Notes under the pieces: model-generated
The model's input: only the letters and a program-made list of their open reading frames with translations
What the model was told of the DNA's origin: nothing
Database searches by the model: none
Translations under genes and position numbers: made by a program
Part shown: positions 59,501 to 64,000 of the stretch, piece by piece
How positions within the stretch are numbered: position 1 is the first letter of the stretch
Layout: every line of letters starts with the position of its first letter
NCBI GenBank assembly: GCA_973895155.1
Contig: OZ316898.1
Span: 14,972,330-15,036,329 of the forward strand
Direction: 5' to 3'
Length of the DNA: 64,000 nucleotides
Source of the DNA: Marsupella aquatica
Taxonomy: Eukaryota; Plantae; Marchantiophyta

Positions 59501-62500
59501 TCAAGTGAATGAACTAATGAACCCTGAAAGTACGTAAACATTGAGAGAAACCAGCCTTCAACTACGATCGCTCAGAATATCCAACGAGCCCCTCTACATC
59601 CTCAACTGTAAGATGTCAAACAGAGAGGACTACAGGAGGCGTCCAAGGGGGGTCACTGATTGCTGAGCCAAATCGTGTGAGCGAGCTCACTTGCGGCCTT
59701 GCGGAATAGAGGTGCGGCAACGAGCAGCGACGTAATTATCACGATGATTGTAGAATACGGTCAGATTACACAAGTGAATGACCCTGCCGTGAATGACATA
59801 CCTAGGTGCAGACTGCAGTTACGTACCAGCCTACTGCCCAGATGGCTGTCAGAAGTAAATTAAAATGTAGTCTCTCTGTCATCCGGCATTTCTCCTTCGT
59901 GGCTCCCTCTATGGTGGCCGGCCTGCTGTCTCCCGGTACTCGGGTACTGTAGCGGGCCAGGACCCTGGTCCCTGGCTGAAATGCGGTACATTGCTGTACT
60001 CAAGTTTGTGTTTGTAAATAATTTGCTCGTCGATAAGCTGATTCTTTTCCTGCTGCACGCATTGAATTCCCATGCAAAACAATATTGGATTCATAAAAAT
60101 GCTACTTCACGCCCATACGGTTCAGAGTTGCACACTAAACGTTCTTGTCTCGAGAAAAGTGCGTTCCCGATGCGCGAATTGATTTACTCTACGACAGGAA
60201 TGCAAAGCTCGTGAGTAAGGTACACGTTCTCGTTGATCGTATCGAATGTAATCAAGGTCCCGTTGAGCTGGAGTGGTCTTCAATATTGATAGCATATTCC
60301 ATTCCGTGCAGAGGATTGCCGACGCTTCTACACAACTGTAAATGTCATTCCTTAAATATATTCCTGTCCCCTTTCAACGAGGATGGAAAAAGTGTCCGAA
60401 TGACCTTATACTCTTTCGAGACCACATTATTGGAAACGAAAGCTTTTATTTTATTTGTGTCCATGCTATTCATTATATAAGCAAAGGTTCGTAATTCCAA
60501 GTACGCAACTTGATGAAAGAATGTGACCAATAAATTGTGATCAGAAATTAGAGTTGGGTTTTAGGTTTCTAGAGTGAATTCTTTCAACACTGACTCCAAG
60601 GTCCCACCAAAATATATATATGGATGAAAAAAGTTATTAAATGTTATGAACATAAAATTGATGATACTACATGAAAATTTCTGTTATCACTTCTATTAAG
60701 GATTGGAAAAATATACCTTCAGGCTTGTTTGTTGTTAAAAATGATTATGTTTTTGCCTTTGGGCCGAAAGGTTTTGGAGGCAACCTGGTGCTCAGTTTCC
60801 TCCGTTCAGACCTGGAATATACATTCTGATCGGGGTATATATATATATCCAGAATGTGTATCAGGTTTTGTCCCCCTACTCACTTTGTGCCATCTTTTCT
60901 TCTTTTAAATGGTATTTCAAAATTCCCAGTTCTGTACTTTTTTGGTACCCGTGCTGAGTACGACGTCGAATGCAAATCTGGATGGTGAAGGTAAATACGG
61001 GTTTTTGCGATTGGTCAAGATTCATCGTTAGTCGGGCAGCTAGATTATGCGTACCTCGTAGATGTAATAACCTACTGTAGACATTTAACTCTTCTCGTGT
61101 GTGCTCGACTACATAATAATTTTGTGATACAGAATTGACCACAAATGGTACTCACACGAGGCGGAGAAGCGTGTAACCTTCTACAGAGGGAGTTGGAGCC
61201 ACATGAATTCATAGAATTGTACCTTAAGTAAGCCGTAAGCGTCACTAAGTAAAGATTTGTTCCACCATTATTTCAGGTCAAAATTTTGCAGAAATAAAAA
61301 TTCAGGTCACCACGTTCGTGATGTCACATTTCTTTCGGCAGACCCCAAAGTCGTACTCCTCGTACTGACAAAGAACAGTCTTCGTAGGAATTTACAGGAC
61401 GGAGTTACTCTAAGAGTCTAAGATATATATATTTCGACCAGCCCTTGTATCACGTATACAGTACAATGAACCAAGCGAGCTGAAGAGCAGCTCACCAAAC
61501 AACCCTTCGTCGTACCGTCATGCCATGCCGGTTCCTGTTCGGGAGAATCTTGCACAGATTGTAGTATTTGAGGTCGATGGATATAGTTCCCCCTGTAGAT
61601 CGGCGATATTATGATTTGTTTTTTTCAATTGTATTGACATATCGATATAAAATCGGAGCGCACGATGGGTAGGCACGTGCAACTTCTGTATGTAGAGGGC
61701 TGTATTGGCCATTGATTCACATGGAGTGGTTTTAATCAAGGGGCTAGTATGGGGAAGGTTGTAGAGTGATCTATCCATGTGCTCCTGTAAATTAACCTCA
61801 TCAGCGTCAGTTGGTCTTTACTATCCGTCTGGGAGGCAAGAAGTTCAGTGTGTAGGTCACCCCGGTTTTGATTCGTCACTGACCTACATAGTGCTGCTGA
61901 GACTGACTGTTGTGGGCAGTTTCCGTCTGCGGTACTGTTATCTACACGCTTGGATTTATGATTAACTTGTCAGGTTCAGAGCTTACTGATATCGATCCTT
62001 GATGCGAATGCTTTCGACTTATTTCTTGGGCAAACAGGATTCGTTCACCTATTATACTGGGAAGGATTGGGAAGTAAATTGTGTTCCCACTCAGGACCAC
62101 AACAGAAACCGCCAATTTTGTCGCTGCCACAGTCCTGTTGTGTGTTTGGGGCAGATTCATTGGTTATATCATATCTAAGTCTATTGCCCGAATATAGTAC
62201 CATCGACACCTCACGAGTTATTCTGTAACGGACCAATTGAAAAGACGTTTCAGAAATTGTAAACAGGTTGGACTTCTCGTCTGACTCTGGAAATTATGAA
62301 CACGGAGGATGTCCTGCACTCTTCCTAGATGGGTACTCTATAGCATTTACGATTTATATGTGTCATGTTGAGTCTCTGTTGCTCCTGGTTCACTTACACT
62401 CTCGAGATTCCAGTTCGGTTCATATCTCCTGTGGTAAATTCACGCTGAAATTTCTGTATGGTACTTTCTGTTCTTAGAATGACCTAAACTTATGTATTTT

Positions 62501-64000
62501 ATGTTTTAAGGCATTATGCTGGAATTTCTGAAAGTCTAGAGTAGGAGTTTGGAATAAGCAGCCAGTGGCAATTGAAATGAATCGGCACCTTGCTAAGTAA
62601 AATAATACTAACTAAATATCAGGGCAGTACTATACAAGCCTCACTGGGCCTCCAAACTTAATCGGTCTTGCATTTATCTGAAAACCTATGAGAGCAGTAT
62701 TGAGGGTTCCGAATGCCATCATGGAAATTAAGTCGTTTTCATAGATCTATATGATATAAGAGTGCCACCTGTCCAGTGGCTCTGCAAAATAACTGTTTGG
62801 CCAGCCAGACGGCATTCTATTGTATCATCACAACATGCAACTGGAATCCAACAGTGTCCCAATTCGGAACTTTTCCTCTGGTCGTGAAAAAGTCATGGCA
62901 AGGAATGTAATTATTCAGTCAAGCCACTCTCACTTCAGTTCTGTAATCAGAGTGTGCTGACTCAACCAGGACCGGAATCAAAGTCAGCAATGACTTCTGA
63001 TCGCTTACAATATCCCATATCTAAGATGGTGTTGAGGCAGTCATTGTTTACATTCCTTTGAAATTAAGTTACCATCGGGCCAGATATACTTTACATCGTA
63101 GCGTACAAAAGAATGGATCAATTTATTTCACACTTGGTGTGAGCTAACCATATTGGAACCCATTTACTGAGCGGTTTCTTGTTGCCTCAGTGGATAGTTT
63201 ATTTAACTCTCTGAACTTGCATGCGGTCTGTCAATTTAGTAAGTTTGCGTGATGTGGAATCATTCATTTAGAGAGCACTTACTACCCGAAAATGAGCGGT
63301 TACTGGCCATCGTCTATTGGATTCCGGACCATGGTACATGAGGTTGGCCATGTTGGATTGTTGGGACTCAGTACTAATGAGGATCTGCTGGATGACGCGA
63401 CCGTGATCAGCTCCGTCGTCTCGGTTATTTATTGACAAAGGTGTAAGCTTAATCATGAACAAAACACCGAAATTTTACAAAGAGGTTTTCCACAGTGAAG
63501 AGGCGACTGAAAGGCAGGTTTGCCAGCCAGCCGACTTCAGATTCGAAAGGACGAATGCAACCTATCTGCGTGTCACGGCTGGCCTGCCAAGAGAGAAGAA
63601 TGTGCATTCTCACTTATGTAACAAAGCTTTCGGAGACGCTAGCCAGCCTTTGCCAGGCCTTGAACAGACGAAAGGACACAGCGGGCCCAGCATGGCAGCG
63701 GCGATGTCATCAAATTGATTGCAGCAGGAAGGCCTCTGCTTGCTTTGCCTTGTACCGTAGCCACGAAGGAGAGTCTCATGATTATAGACTCCGTTCACCA
63801 AGTAGGTCGCCACTCGGCAAGAAACAGGGCGACAAAATCCCCTTTTAACTTCAGCTGCTGTTGCTGCAGCCCTGAAGATTTATCATCTCGCTGCTTACCG
63901 ACCTGAATATTAACTGCGCTCGATAAATAAATATTCCCCCACTGAATGAAAGAATATAACCTACGAATGTTTGATACTGAACCATCGACTTTTGAGATGA

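Noticed and set aside
57700-64000. Short ORFs, including the cluster at 63268-63906
   Set aside because: No domain motifs or consistent splice model; may be UTR or intron of a gene beyond the window.
1-64000. tRNA/rRNA genes
   Set aside because: No full cloverleaf or rRNA-like sequence was recognised; only SINE-like A/B boxes.

Overview
Eukaryotic, intron-containing plant DNA. Gene content and intron style suggest a non-seed plant such as a liverwort (inference). There are four host genes: an intronless BAHD acyltransferase with a long N-terminal extension (+, 8309-10225); a multi-exon double-AAA+ ATPase with a duplicated winged-helix-like N-terminal module resembling bacterial Afp15/Pvc15-type ATPases (-, 13281-21584); a 7-exon DsbA/FrnE-like CPWC oxidoreductase (+, 32354-35189); and a long remorin (-, 45941-~49820). 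The most unusual feature is a structurally complete 6.6-kb PIF/Harbinger-superfamily DNA transposon (25179-31754) with 17-bp perfect TIRs and an AGT TSD. Besides the expected DDE transposase and convergent Myb/SANT-like gene, it carries an intact RPA70-C-like OB-fold/zinc-ribbon ORF and two further degenerate ORFs. The window also holds three tandem catalytically dead-looking FCP1/NIF-like domains at its left edge, a CRE-like non-LTR remnant, a tRNA-derived SINE candidate, five copies of an 8-bp-TSD MITE family (one nested in another), and several foldback elements and local duplications. No gene could be supported in 57-64 kb. All calls are by eye; no database searches were run.
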